DNA of 64,000 nt from a virus. Shown here in pieces: positions 18,048-28,447 of the stretch (positions are counted from its first letter, which is position 1; each line of letters begins with the position of its first letter). The notes under the pieces were generated by a model. That model saw nothing but the letters and a program-made list of their open reading frames with translations, was not told the DNA's origin and did no database searches. The stretch covers positions 1-64,000 of IMG/VR virus record IMGVR_UViG_3300012662_000001. The stretch is one strand, 5' to 3'. Position numbers and translations under genes: made by a program.

Positions 18048-19711
18048 TGAGGTACTTCTATCGTGATAGTGCTTGGTGGCACATTGGGTTCAGTTATGAT
18101 CCGGAGTTGGTGAAGGAAGTAAAATCCTTTGCCAATTCTGGGTATAATCCCGAGTTAAAGGAGTGGTATGTGCCTGTTCATATAACTACATCGGCAGCGG
18201 TGCAGAAGTGGCTTGCAGACCATAATTTTCGGGAGGAGAGAGTCTATACACCGTCACGTAGAGTGGTGGAATATCAAGAGCCGCCGGAGGTGATAACATC
18301 TGATGACGTGCTTGTGGCCTGTGAAGAGGTCGGTCTGAAGCGCACACCACGTTATTATCAGGCGGAGGGTGTTGCCTATATGATTAATCACGGCAACTGC
18401 ATAAACGGTGATGATTGCGGCCTTGGCAAGACAGGGCAGTCCATTGTCACCGTGGAACTGATGGATGTATTTCCTACACTTGTTATTTGTCCAGCGTCCG
18501 TTAAGTATAACTGGAAGAAGGAGTGGCAGCGATGGAATCCAGCCAGAACGATGGGTATAGTGGAATCCGGAAGGAAGTATGATGAATCCGTTTGGGATAG
18601 TGACGTGGTGGTGGTAAATTTTGATATACTTGGTGAGCGGAGTACGGACAAGCCAAAGGTGAAGTACAAAGAACTTCTGAAGAAGTATTGGGGTTCGTGC
18701 ATAATTGATGAGATACACTTTTTGAAGTCAGAAAAGGCGATGCGTACACGAATGACGAAGAAGATAACGAAGCATATCGCTCACATTTGGGGTCTTACTG
18801 GAACGCTGACGCAGAATCGTCCTCTGGAACTTGTGCAGCCGTATCAGATACTTCGTAGGTTCACTGAAATCTTTGGTGACACTCTCGCATTCAAGTTTAG
18901 GTATTGCGACGCCAAGAAAACGATGTTCGGCTTTGATGCGAGTGGTTTTAGCAATCTGGAGGAACTCCACGAGCTGTTGCGAATGGCTGGATATGTTCGT
19001 AGACAGAAGAGAGACGTGCTCACGGAGCTTCCACCTGTCATAGAGCAGACCGTGGATGTTCCTATAAGCAATGTAAGGGAGTATCATCACGCAGAGGATG
19101 ACTTGTTGAATTACCTTGAAACAATAGACGTGGAAAAGGCAAGTTCAGCGGCTAATGCTCCTCATCTTGTTATGCTGAACACGCTTCGCACGTTAAGCAT
19201 TGTCGGGAAGATGGCCTTTATCAAGTCCTATATTCAGGAGTGGCTGGATTCAAACGAGGACAGACAGCTTGCCGTCTTTGGGGTACATCGTGAGCCGCTT
19301 CAGGAACTTGCTGACCACTTCAAGGCTCCAGTCATACAGGGTGGTGTGTCCATAGAGAACAAGCAGAGAATCGTGGACGCCTTTGCCGCACGGAAGCACC
19401 GACTTCTATTTGCCAACATTCAGTCCGCTGGAACTGGAACGGACGGTCTGCAGACACACTGTTCAGATATGGTCTATATAGAATTGCCTGACCGCAGTAC
19501 TGACGTTGAGCAGACGAACGCCCGACTGGAGCGTATGGGTCAGAGGAGCACAATCACAGTTACCTATTTACTGTCTCCCGAGACAATTGACGTGGAAATG
19601 AAGGAAACCCTGGACAGCAAGAAGATGCTCACTGACATTGTGAACGCAGGACATAGCGAGAACGAGCTTATTGCTATGAAATTCTTTAGAAATCGTAGGA
19701 GAAATCCTTGA
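18047..19711 (+). CDS. SNF2-family helicase/ATPase
   Basis: YYQAEGV, DDCGLGKTGQSI (motif I), IIDEIHFLKS (motif II), LTGTLTQN, helicase-C part with QSAGTGTDGLQ. GTG start overlaps the ligA stop. Confidence 0.85.
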   Translation: MRYFYRDSAWWHIGFSYDPELVKEVKSFANSGYNPELKEWYVPVHITTSAAVQKWLADHNFREERVYTPSRRVVEYQEPPEVITSDDVLVACEEVGLKRTPRYYQAEGVAYMINHGNCINGDDCGLGKTGQSIVTVELMDVFPTLVICPASVKYNWKKEWQRWNPARTMGIVESGRKYDESVWDSDVVVVNFDILGERSTDKPKVKYKELLKKYWGSCIIDEIHFLKSEKAMRTRMTKKITKHIAHIWGLTGTLTQNRPLELVQPYQILRRFTEIFGDTLAFKFRYCDAKKTMFGFDASGFSNLEELHELLRMAGYVRRQKRDVLTELPPVIEQTVDVPISNVREYHHAEDDLLNYLETIDVEKASSAANAPHLVMLNTLRTLSIVGKMAFIKSYIQEWLDSNEDRQLAVFGVHREPLQELADHFKAPVIQGGVSIENKQRIVDAFAARKHRLLFANIQSAGTGTDGLQTHCSDMVYIELPDRSTDVEQTNARLERMGQRSTITVTYLLSPETIDVEMKETLDSKKMLTDIVNAGHSENELIAMKFFRNRRRNP

Positions 19712-19723
19712 TATTTTCGTTAT

Positions 19724-19924
19724 ATGTGTAATAAAATAATTTTGTTGATGGAAAACACTAAAAGATTCAAGTGTCGATTCTTCGGCAGTAAGGAACGTAA
19801 GGGTCAGATCACACAGCAGACAGTCTTTGTCACGGCTTATGACCGTGCTATGGTTGAGGAGGTTCTCAACAATCAGGGGTGGGTGAAGATTAACGGCCTG
19901 AAGATAAGAGAATGCGAAGAATAG
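19724..19924 (+). CDS. hypothetical small protein (start uncertain; ATG at 19748 possible)
   Basis: short ORF between the SNF2 gene and rnhA. Confidence 0.3.
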   Translation: MCNKIILLMENTKRFKCRFFGSKERKGQITQQTVFVTAYDRAMVEEVLNNQGWVKINGLKIRECEE

Positions 19925-20388
19925 ACATATACACGGACGGCAGCTGTAACGCACGAACCAAGGTGGGCGGCTATGGTGTGTATGTCAAGGAAGATGACAG
20001 TGAGGTTGTTGTTCATCAGGGCTACACGGATACCACGACGGCACGAATGGAGATGCGAGCCGTGCTTCACGCAGTACGCCTGACACCCTATGATTCTGTG
20101 GACGTCTATATCCATTCTGATTCTCAGTTCATTGTAAGGGCGTTCAAGGATGGGTGGCTGTCACGCTGGAGGACGGCAGGATTTGTTGGTGTGAAGAACG
20201 CCCCCATCTGGAAGACCATTGTGTTCGAGATGGCGAAACGTTCACAGGCTCATTTTCACATCAGGTGGCTTCACGGTCACCAGAAGGACATTCTGGATGA
20301 CACCATCTTTGGAAACACGGTGGCTGACGCACTGGCTGACTATAAGAATCAGGAATCATACATTAAGGACACCGATGACAGTATATGA
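19912..20388 (+). CDS. rnhA: ribonuclease HI
   Basis: IYTDGSC...GGYGVYV...TTARMEMRAVLHAV...IHSDSQF...GNTVADALA; RNase H D-E-D-D motif order. Confidence 0.85.
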   Translation: MRRIDIYTDGSCNARTKVGGYGVYVKEDDSEVVVHQGYTDTTTARMEMRAVLHAVRLTPYDSVDVYIHSDSQFIVRAFKDGWLSRWRTAGFVGVKNAPIWKTIVFEMAKRSQAHFHIRWLHGHQKDILDDTIFGNTVADALADYKNQESYIKDTDDSI

Positions 20389-21839
20389 CACCAGACAAGT
20401 ATCAACAGGCGGTTATAGATGAATATAGAAAGACAAACCGCAACATTTTTATAAGTGCGACGGCAGGATCAGGCAAGACGACCTGTTTGTTGGAGTTGGC
20501 CAAGAGGACATCACCGTTAAAATCCACTATGTTTTTAGCATTTAACAAGTCAATAGCGGAGGAACTTGGCAGGAAACTTCCTCCTACCGTAAAGGCTATG
20601 ACTCTTCACGGATGCGCTCTGGCGGCTCTTCGTAAGACGTTTGCCCTGAAGTTTATGGTCAAGGACAACAAGTATTTCAGTCTTGCAAGTGAGATTCTGG
20701 AATCGCATAAGGTGCATTTCAAGCGAATTCCGGGGCTTGCAGTGCGTATGTGCAGACTACACGACCTTATGCGATACAATCTTGTCAGTGATGGTGTGGA
20801 TGAGGTCTGTGCACTTGCTGAAAGGTATGGTGAAGACTGTGATGAGAAAGTGGCTGGATACACCTGTGAACTGCATTCAGCGGCAAAGCGAGCAGCTGAT
20901 ACGTTCTTTGCAGGTGGCGCACAGGGAACCATTCCTATGGACTTTACGGATATGCTTGTATGGGCGGTGAGGTATGTGCCTAAAACGGAGTTCAAGCAGT
21001 ATAGTGTGGTGATGTGTGATGAATGTCAGGATATTAGCACATTACAGTATGAATTGATAAAGAGATTAAAGACCCCCAAGGGGCGTCTTGTGGCCGTGGG
21101 TGATCCGAAGCAGTCCATCTATTCGTTTCAGGGTTCCAATCTGGATTCGCTTCACGCAATACAGAACTCTCCCAACACAGTGACGCTCCCTCTGTCCATC
21201 ACCTATCGCTGTGCCAAGGCCATTGTGAAGGAAGCTCAGAGGGTGTTTCCAGAGGGTATAGAAGCGGCTCCGACGGCTGTTGAGGGTATAGTCACGAGAG
21301 GACTACTTAATGAAGTAGTTGAGGGTGACTTCATCCTATGTCGTAATAATGCACCGTTGATAGATGCTTGGCTGAAGTTGGTTAAGATGGGTCGTAGATG
21401 CGTGATACTTGGCAAGGACTTTGGTGACGCTCTTATGGAGATTCTGGACGGTGCGGAGTGTGTGGATGACCTTGAGAAGCCGCTTGTGGATCTTCTGGAG
21501 CGACTGCACCGCAAGGGCATCGAGCGACCTGAACGAACGGAGGCATACGCCAATCTGGATGAAAAGGTGGGCATTCTATTGAACCTGTTTGACTTCTTTG
21601 GCAGTCTTGAAGCAGTGAGAGAAAGAATTTTTGATATTTTCGTGGAAAACACTGATGAGAAGCACGTTATTCTATCAACAATTCACAAATCTAAGGGGCT
21701 TGAAACGGATAGAGTGTTCTTCCTTGAGCCAGAGTTGATTCCAAGCAGGTTTGCGACGACGGAACTCGCTATGTATGCTGAGAGATGTCTTATGTTTGTG
21801 GCTATAACAAGAGCGAAGAAAGAATTGATTTACATATAG
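20385..21839 (+). CDS. UvrD/PcrA-like SF1 helicase (paralog 1)
   Basis: TAGSGKTT (Walker A), MCDECQD, VGDPKQSIYSFQG, TIHKSKGLE, VAITRAKKEL. Confidence 0.85.
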   Translation: MTPDKYQQAVIDEYRKTNRNIFISATAGSGKTTCLLELAKRTSPLKSTMFLAFNKSIAEELGRKLPPTVKAMTLHGCALAALRKTFALKFMVKDNKYFSLASEILESHKVHFKRIPGLAVRMCRLHDLMRYNLVSDGVDEVCALAERYGEDCDEKVAGYTCELHSAAKRAADTFFAGGAQGTIPMDFTDMLVWAVRYVPKTEFKQYSVVMCDECQDISTLQYELIKRLKTPKGRLVAVGDPKQSIYSFQGSNLDSLHAIQNSPNTVTLPLSITYRCAKAIVKEAQRVFPEGIEAAPTAVEGIVTRGLLNEVVEGDFILCRNNAPLIDAWLKLVKMGRRCVILGKDFGDALMEILDGAECVDDLEKPLVDLLERLHRKGIERPERTEAYANLDEKVGILLNLFDFFGSLEAVRERIFDIFVENTDEKHVILSTIHKSKGLETDRVFFLEPELIPSRFATTELAMYAERCLMFVAITRAKKELIYI

Positions 21840-21843
21840 AATT

Positions 21844-22239
21844 ATGGGAAAGGAAAAGGAATTTAAGATCTACATCACCGTGCCAAGAGGTGAGGAACGT
21901 GTGTTGCTTAACTGCAACGATATGAAATCTATGAACGGTCTTACGCCGACAGCCGAGATTCTTGCCACACACTTTCAGGCGGAGCGTGTCAGGGTGGCTA
22001 TATGGGAACGAGATCATAAGGACAAAAAGAAGAACGAGGAACAGCCGTACAGACCACAACCCCTCTACATTGAGACGCAGCCTGATAGGTTCAAGGCCAT
22101 TGTGGATGAAATTAGGGGCAAGGTCACAGGGTGCAATGACCTATCACACATCGCCCTGACGATGGATTCCGCCTATATGCCTTGCTGCATTATAAGTGAG
22201 TTCCACCCTGATGAGTATGAGAAACAATCCATTAAATAA
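21844..22239 (+). CDS. hypothetical protein
   Basis: 131-codon ORF. Confidence 0.5.
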   Translation: MGKEKEFKIYITVPRGEERVLLNCNDMKSMNGLTPTAEILATHFQAERVRVAIWERDHKDKKKNEEQPYRPQPLYIETQPDRFKAIVDEIRGKVTGCNDLSHIALTMDSAYMPCCIISEFHPDEYEKQSIK

Positions 22240-22251
22240 AAGAAGATTACG

Positions 22252-23865
22252 ATGAACACAAGAATTCTGTTTGGAAAGGACGCAAGGGCGGCTCTGCTTG
22301 CAGGAGCGGAGGAACTCTATTCAGCCGTGGCGTCCACTCTCGGTCCGAGAGGGCACACTGTCGCCATTGATAAGGGGTACGGCATTCCTCACATCACCAA
22401 GGATGGTGTGACGGTGGCTCGTGCCTATGACACTGATGACCCGATGAAGCGAATGGGGGCGACACTGGTGAAGATGGTGGCTGCAAAGACCTGTGATCAG
22501 GCAGGTGATGGAACGACAACGGCCACGATACTCTCCTACGCTATGATGAAGCGTGGTGTGAGCGGTCTGGTAAACATTCAGAACCCACACGAGTATCGTA
22601 GAGGAATGGAGGATGCTCGAGATGAGGCAGCCCATTATATTCAATCCAATGCCGTGAAAATAGAATCTGATGAAATTGATAGAATTAGACAGGTAGCCAA
22701 AGTGTCAGCCAATGGTGACGATATGGTCGCTGATCTTATTACTTCAGCGATAGAAAGCGTCGGCAATGACGGCATTATAACCGTTGAAGAAAGCACCAAG
22801 GGTGATGAATCCACTGTGGAGGTCACCACTGGGTTTCAGTGGGGCAAGGGTATCATCAATCCATACTTTGTCACGGATCCGGAACGAATGGAATGCGTGC
22901 TGGACAGACCGTATGTGCTTATCTGGGGTCAGAACATCAACTATGTGCAGGAGATTCTTGCCGTGGTGCAGACCGTTTATACGGCCAAGAGGTCACTTCT
23001 TATAGTGGCTCCTAATGCTTCCAATGACGTTATAAAGTTTCTTGTAACCAATGTTCAGCAGAACAATGGGCTAAAGGCGTGCTTCGTTAAGGCTCCTGGA
23101 TTTGGTCAGATGCAGAAGGACTTGATGCAGGACTTGGCCGTAAAGGTGGGCGGTAGAATTGTCGGCGAGGAGTACGGCAACGCCATTGAATCATTCGGCA
23201 CGGACTGGCTTGGTGAGGTGGACAGAGCCACTGTTTCAGCGAATAGAACCATTCTCGTGGGCGGTGCTGGAAAGGACGGTGACATCAACGCCCGAATAGA
23301 GTTCATAAAGAACGAGATGGAAGGCAACTCCAACACCTATGACAGAGAGAAGTACAGGGAGCGCATCAGTCGTCTTACAGGCGGTGCGGCCGTCATCTAT
23401 GTGGGTGCGGATAGTGAGGTGGAGATGAAGGAGCGCAAGGACAGAGTGGATGACGCCATTGCGGCCACCAGAGCGGCTCTTGATGAGGGTTATGTTCCTG
23501 GAGGAGGAACTGTGCAGTACAAGATAGCCAAGATTCTGGAAGGATCACTAAAGAGCAATCCAGGATGGAACATTGACTATGTGGAGGGCTATCGTGCCGT
23601 GATTGAAGCTCTAAAGGAACACTTCCATATCCTATGTCAGAACGCAGGTGTGGAGCCTGTTCGTGTTGAGGTTATGATGGACTTGAAGTCCAAGGACTTT
23701 CAGCAGGGGTATAATCCGTTCAAGAACAGAATTGAGGATATGTATAAGGCAGGAGTGATAGATCCAGCCAAGGTCACAAGAACATCTTTGGAGAATGCAG
23801 TGTCAGTGGCTGTTCAGTTTCTTGGTATGTCTTGCGCTATGTCAGGTGAGGAGAAGACTAAATAA
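22252..23865 (+). CDS. groL: GroEL-type chaperonin (Cpn60)
   Basis: LGPRGHTV, AGDGTTTATIL, ITVEESTKG, AAVIYVGADSEVEMKERKDRVDDAIAATRAALDEGYVPGGG, DPAKVTR. Confidence 0.9.
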   Translation: MNTRILFGKDARAALLAGAEELYSAVASTLGPRGHTVAIDKGYGIPHITKDGVTVARAYDTDDPMKRMGATLVKMVAAKTCDQAGDGTTTATILSYAMMKRGVSGLVNIQNPHEYRRGMEDARDEAAHYIQSNAVKIESDEIDRIRQVAKVSANGDDMVADLITSAIESVGNDGIITVEESTKGDESTVEVTTGFQWGKGIINPYFVTDPERMECVLDRPYVLIWGQNINYVQEILAVVQTVYTAKRSLLIVAPNASNDVIKFLVTNVQQNNGLKACFVKAPGFGQMQKDLMQDLAVKVGGRIVGEEYGNAIESFGTDWLGEVDRATVSANRTILVGGAGKDGDINARIEFIKNEMEGNSNTYDREKYRERISRLTGGAAVIYVGADSEVEMKERKDRVDDAIAATRAALDEGYVPGGGTVQYKIAKILEGSLKSNPGWNIDYVEGYRAVIEALKEHFHILCQNAGVEPVRVEVMMDLKSKDFQQGYNPFKNRIEDMYKAGVIDPAKVTRTSLENAVSVAVQFLGMSCAMSGEEKTK

Positions 23866-23879
23866 CCAACGTAAAGTAT

Positions 23880-24104
23880 ATGAGCAAGAAGATTATCGGC
23901 AAGGGCGACATCGTTCGCATACGTCACAACACGTCTGATCACTTCTTTAGGGAGAATGAACTTGTAGTTGTCAAGGAGACATATCCACTATATGAGGATG
24001 ATCCGGAATATCTCAAGTGTGCCAACAGGGAGACACACTGGATGGTCAATATGGAGGATGTCACCCTGTTTGAACGCAACCCACACCCTGACGACGATGA
24101 ATAG
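23880..24104 (+). CDS. hypothetical small protein (not GroES-like)
   Basis: 74-codon ORF after groL. Confidence 0.45.
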   Translation: MSKKIIGKGDIVRIRHNTSDHFFRENELVVVKETYPLYEDDPEYLKCANRETHWMVNMEDVTLFERNPHPDDDE

Positions 24105-24132
24105 AAATTAAGTTTAACCAATTAAAATAGAA

Positions 24133-24594
24133 ATGATTATGTATTACGAAGTAAAAGTTAAGAGAACGTGCATCACTGACGGCAACGCCTATGGCACACT
24201 GAAGGAATCCTATCTGGTGAATGCCGTGAGTTACACTGACGTTGAGGCAAGCGTGGCTCGCTATATGGAAACAGTCTATCCTGGAGCTGAGTACAGTGTT
24301 CAGCGCATCTCCAAGAGCAAGGTTGAGGACTTTGTTTCAGTGCTTCTGGCTGACGGTACGGAAAAGCCTGAAACCTACTACAAGGTGCGCTGTGCCTATC
24401 TGGAGGACATTGACGGTCACGCCAAGAAGCGCAAGGTGATGGCACTTGTGAACGCTCCTGACGTTGAAAAGGCCGCCACGACGGTGCTTTCCAGCTATGA
24501 CCCTGATGGAAATCTGCACTATGAGGTCGTAAAGGTGGAGAAGACTTCCATCGTTGACGTTATAAACACAAGTGATGAAGAACTCAGGTCATAG
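24133..24594 (+). CDS. hypothetical protein, possibly the DUF4494-like family common in Bacteroidota
   Basis: MYYEVKVKR...LKESYLVNAVSYTDVEASV resembles that family as I recall it; not verified. Confidence 0.45.
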   Translation: MIMYYEVKVKRTCITDGNAYGTLKESYLVNAVSYTDVEASVARYMETVYPGAEYSVQRISKSKVEDFVSVLLADGTEKPETYYKVRCAYLEDIDGHAKKRKVMALVNAPDVEKAATTVLSSYDPDGNLHYEVVKVEKTSIVDVINTSDEELRS

Positions 24595-24610
24595 TTCTGT
24601 GTGTGAATCA

Positions 24611-24641
24611 CCCCTGTCGCAGAGGAAACTTTCGGCAGGGG
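24611..24641 (+). terminator. hairpin terminator
   Basis: CCCCTGTCG...CGGCAGGGG followed by a T-rich tract. Confidence 0.55.
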
Positions 24642-24657
24642 TTAATTTCTTTCAGTT

Positions 24658-26097
24658 ATGGCGGATAGGAAACTGATACCGAAACGAGTGATAATGGAGC
24701 AGGACGTGGAACGCATTATGCGAACCGCTCCTGACTGGATTCTGGATGCGGCTGATGAGATTCACGATCTCTATGTGGCGTCGGAATGGGCAAAGGAGGA
24801 GCGTGACCTTTCTCCAAAGAGATACTTTGACATCACCCTGAACGCAGGTACAGCCAAGGAAAAGGAACTTCACATTGACTTTCAGCAGACGGTGAATCCG
24901 TCATCTGTCATCAAGTCATCAGGCGGCACTCTGGAGGATATGCAGAAAGCCAACGGAGCACGTCTCGGCTATCTGGCTCTTGACCGTGCCTACAACAATG
25001 CCGTTCTTGCCTTGAACACGGCTATGGGGATACGCAGTCGCAAGCCGAGGAACATTGTGGATTATACAGGCACGATAATGGAGCTGTTCGGCAAGTTCTA
25101 CACCGTGGCTGACGTGCATAACGTTCTGAGCAAGGAATATCGCATAAAGGTTCCTGAGGATGAACTTCGCAAGTTCTATGTTGAGCATCGTGACCTGATA
25201 ACAAAGCGCAGAGCCGACTATGTGCTTAACAGCAAGGAATTTAGAATAGCCACCGAGACAGGCCGTCTGGAGGTGCTGAACAGGCTTCTCGTGGAGTTTG
25301 AGGTGAAGAACAAGGCCGCAGGAGGAAGTAATCTGGAGATATCCAATATGATCCTTCGCATCATTGAACAGGCACGCAAAGAGGTCAAGGGCAACGAGCT
25401 GAAGATGACCGTTGACGGCAGAATAGACGTGTCAGCCACGGTTCACGCAGAATCCAACGTAGTGGAGGTGATGAAGCATCTTTCCATCAACGCTCTCGTC
25501 ATCGGCCTTACGGCGGCCAAGGCAGGACTGAATCCAGCCGTGCTGATAGGGCAGCTTGCGAACAGTTGGTATAGCCAGTTCAACGGATTCAACGGCAATA
25601 TTATGGAGGGTAAGGACGTGCGGCTTCCTTCCGCCCTGATACGCTCCTATGACTGGGACGTAATCGCCAAGGAAAGCAAGGCCTTCATCGGGGAATTCAC
25701 GCCTATTACGGACGTTGTTGACGAGCAGGATGCTGTGGCTCGGGAACAGGGTGAAAGTCGTCGTGAGGAGCTTGTAAATCGTCTTAGAACTATAAAGAAT
25801 GCAAAGGATAGAGAACAGAAAAGAGCCAATCCCTACACTACGGACGGATTATCTACGGAATCCTCCGGAGGTCTGGTGGCAACCCCTGTCGAAGGAGGAA
25901 CAACGGAGCTGAAGCACGAGTTTGAAGTGGATTATGCCCTGAACGGAAATCAGAAACAGAAACACAATATTCGCATTCGTGGAAAGATACGTGAATCCAT
26001 TGATCGTCACGCAGCACAGAGGGAAGCCATAGTTGAGGAAAGGCGCAAGGCCAGAGCCGTGCGCAGAAAGGATGCCACTAAGCTCAAGAATGAATAG
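24658..26097 (+). CDS. hypothetical protein with basic C-terminus
   Basis: 479-codon ORF; no Walker or other diagnostic motif. Confidence 0.55.
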   Translation: MADRKLIPKRVIMEQDVERIMRTAPDWILDAADEIHDLYVASEWAKEERDLSPKRYFDITLNAGTAKEKELHIDFQQTVNPSSVIKSSGGTLEDMQKANGARLGYLALDRAYNNAVLALNTAMGIRSRKPRNIVDYTGTIMELFGKFYTVADVHNVLSKEYRIKVPEDELRKFYVEHRDLITKRRADYVLNSKEFRIATETGRLEVLNRLLVEFEVKNKAAGGSNLEISNMILRIIEQARKEVKGNELKMTVDGRIDVSATVHAESNVVEVMKHLSINALVIGLTAAKAGLNPAVLIGQLANSWYSQFNGFNGNIMEGKDVRLPSALIRSYDWDVIAKESKAFIGEFTPITDVVDEQDAVAREQGESRREELVNRLRTIKNAKDREQKRANPYTTDGLSTESSGGLVATPVEGGTTELKHEFEVDYALNGNQKQKHNIRIRGKIRESIDRHAAQREAIVEERRKARAVRRKDATKLKNE

Positions 26098-26103
26098 AAT
26101 TGC

Positions 26104-26111
26104 TATATTTG
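26104..26111 (+). promoter_or_regulatory. -7 box TATATTTG
   Basis: Bacteroides-type TAnnTTTG just upstream of ATG 26119. Confidence 0.35.
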
Positions 26112-26118
26112 CAGTGTT

Positions 26119-26505
26119 ATGAAGATAGTGTATAACAAGATAATTCCCTTTGAGGGGTATCTCTGCATCAACCTGTTTGGGATGCTCTTTGTGCGTGGCA
26201 CGAAGAAGGAGATGGAACACCGCATCACAATCAAGGTGCAGAATCACGAGCGAATACACACGGCACAGATGAGGGAAATGGGTTACATCTTCTTCTATCT
26301 ATGGTATTTTGTGGAGTACTGCATCATCAGGCTCTTTCATCAGAAGCAGGGGTGTGCCTATCGGGATGTGTCCTTTGAGGAGGAGGCCTATCTACACGAG
26401 AACGACTATCAGTATCTGCAGAACAGACGTCACTACACTTGGTTTAGGTATCTCAAGGTGAGAAGCAATCATCTGCACACTGGACGTGGATTCTGCCAGA
26501 AGTAG
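26119..26505 (+). CDS. hypothetical protein with HExxH motif
   Basis: NHERIHTAQ (H-E-x-x-H) followed by a hydrophobic stretch. Confidence 0.45.
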   Translation: MKIVYNKIIPFEGYLCINLFGMLFVRGTKKEMEHRITIKVQNHERIHTAQMREMGYIFFYLWYFVEYCIIRLFHQKQGCAYRDVSFEEEAYLHENDYQYLQNRRHYTWFRYLKVRSNHLHTGRGFCQK

Positions 26506-26516
26506 AATGTAAAATC

Positions 26517-26540
26517 AGGACGTCCAGACGTGGACGTCCT
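26517..26540 (+). terminator. perfect 10-bp hairpin
   Basis: AGGACGTCCA-gacg-TGGACGTCCT. Confidence 0.55.
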
Positions 26541-26575
26541 TCAAATGTTTAATAATTATTAAATCTTAATTCATT

Positions 26576-27658
26576 ATGGCAAAACCAGATTGGATAACAT
26601 TAAGCAAGTCCTCAGGGTCAGGAAATGACACCGTGACCGTGACTGCTGCAAAAAACACGAGCACTACCGCAAGGAGTGGCTCAATCACGGTCAAGTCCGG
26701 CTCTCTTTCAAAGGTGGTTACAATCAGTCAGGAGGGGCAGACTCAACAAAAAGGCAAAATTTATTTGAAATTTCCTTCAGGGGCGGCATTTCCAGCATCT
26801 TATGTTGAACAGGAATTAATTATAAGTAAAAGTGCGGCAATTGAAGGAACTGTATCTAACTTCGTATCAGGTGGAACAATAGAATCTATATCTGATGGAA
26901 TTCTTGTTATTGATGTTAATGGAATAGATATCAATGATTTTGTAGAACAACTTAATACTGGAGATGTAAGTCAAGCAAAAAAGATTTTTTTTGGAACAGG
27001 ATCTGAAACTGACTGGATCGGTTTATTAACTACAACAGATCAAGATTCAGAAGATAATTATGTTTCCCAGTACATTGCTAAAGTCTGGCAGTATGCCTTT
27101 GTTGATGGTTCTGATCAAGAAATAACCTGTTCTATTTTACGAACAATATCTTTTAATAATGTAAATTTGGGAACCATCAGTATTTCTGATGAAAATTGGA
27201 CTGATTATATGAATGAAGTGAATTCACTTATAATTACACCAATTGTTCACATATATGATCCGTCAACATCAAATGCAGAGGCTGCTGCAACAATTCGATC
27301 TAACCATTCTATAATTTTGCAGAGAACAACAACAACTTCTGGTCAATTAGTAATGAACGCTGATCTAATGATTGATTTTGAAGGGCAACTTTCAGATATT
27401 TCCATAGAAATTATGGATGCTGATACTGAAAATCTGTTTGAATCTTGCTTAATAAGCACAAATCCGCAAGAAATAAAATTGGTATCTTCCTTATATGATG
27501 GTACATACACATATTATGCTACAAATACAGATGATAATTCCCTTTATGTCTGGAATGACAATAATATGATAAATGTTCTTCCAATTTCTGTAGGTCTTAA
27601 TGCAATTAGTATTGATGCCAACCCTACTATTTCATCAGAAATACAACAGATTTATTGA
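26576..27658 (+). CDS. BACON-domain protein (probable tail fibre/receptor-binding or surface-decoration protein), currently expressed form (constant N-terminus plus cassette A)
   Basis: N-terminal WITLSKSSGSGNDTVTVTAAKNTSTTARSGSITVKSGSLSKVVTISQEGQ is a BACON repeat; the AT-rich C-terminal 305 codons lie inside the IR-bounded segment. Confidence 0.8.
   Translation: MAKPDWITLSKSSGSGNDTVTVTAAKNTSTTARSGSITVKSGSLSKVVTISQEGQTQQKGKIYLKFPSGAAFPASYVEQELIISKSAAIEGTVSNFVSGGTIESISDGILVIDVNGIDINDFVEQLNTGDVSQAKKIFFGTGSETDWIGLLTTTDQDSEDNYVSQYIAKVWQYAFVDGSDQEITCSILRTISFNNVNLGTISISDENWTDYMNEVNSLIITPIVHIYDPSTSNAEAAATIRSNHSIILQRTTTTSGQLVMNADLMIDFEGQLSDISIEIMDADTENLFESCLISTNPQEIKLVSSLYDGTYTYYATNTDDNSLYVWNDNNMINVLPISVGLNAISIDANPTISSEIQQIY
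26692..26739 (+). repeat. IR-L, 48-bp perfect inverted repeat inside the BACON gene
   Basis: CAAGTCCGGCTCTCTTTCAAAGGTGGTTACAATCAGTCAGGAGGGGCA; its exact reverse complement is at 28448-28495. Confidence 0.95.
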
Positions 27659-27667
27659 TAAAAATCA

Positions 27668-27695
27668 AAAGGGTGACCAAATAAGGCCACCCTTT
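27668..27695. terminator. bidirectional hairpin between the two convergent cassettes
   Basis: AAAGGGTG..CC-aaataa-GG..CACCCTTT. Confidence 0.6.
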
Positions 27696-27702
27696 AATTT
27701 AT

Positions 27703-28447
27703 TTACGGTTTAACAATGTAAATTGTTCCAATGGCTGAAAATTCTTCACCTTCAGTATTTATACCTGTAACAGTAAACTCGTAAGTTGAATCCGTTGTTG
27801 CTGCTGAACTTATTGAAATGAATAAGGTAAACCTTCCAGAATCAATTTCATTTCCTGAAGGTTTACCTTGAGGAGCGATGGTAATGTTGTCAGTATCAAC
27901 CTTGCTTTCATCTATTTGAATTGAATTTGGAATGATGTCAACGAAAAGGACAGCGACCTCGCCATTGGTTTCAGGTGCAAGCTCTATAGTTTCGGGAGAA
28001 AGCACGATTTCACTTGAAAGGGAACTTGTTTCCTTATAGATTTTAAGGGTGGCGGCCTCACTTACAACAACCTTACCATCCTCACCGCTTAATCCATCAA
28101 TATAAAAGGACAATGTTCCATAATAAGGATCAGAAGCACTTCCACTACCGAAATAAGTGCAATCAATCATCTTCTCAAAAAGATCAAAATCACTGATGCT
28201 AACCTGGAAGTTAACTGTCTTTGTGTGAGTTGCATCATTTGTTGATACAACGACTCCTGTGAGAGACAAGCCATAATTTATAATATCCTCTCCGAACACT
28301 TCCTCACCGTTTATCGTAAAAATTATTCCATTCAAAGACGTAAAGAGTCCGTCAAAATATTTAAGATCTACATTTTGAGAAACAGGGGCATAATTCTGCA
28401 TTGACGGAAAATTTATTTCAGATGGCCATTCAAGGGCGTTACTTGTT
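27703..28447 (-). other. silent alternative C-terminal cassette B for the BACON protein
   Basis: The minus-strand frame runs in frame through IR-R (KSGSLSKVVTISQEGQ then TSNALEWP...). There is no ATG before or within the repeat, and stops lie just upstream. The protein is distantly similar to cassette A (TYFGSGSASDPYYGTL versus IFFGTGSETDWIGLL). Confidence 0.75.

Noticed and set aside
23880-24104. GroES co-chaperonin downstream of groL
   Set aside because: The sequence lacks the GroES mobile-loop and beta-barrel pattern (..I.PL.DRV.V......T.GGI.LP...) and is shorter than GroES.
24658-26097. Terminase (large or small subunit)
   Set aside because: No Walker A/B or nuclease motifs, and no obvious HTH. 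The terminase genes appear to lie outside this window.
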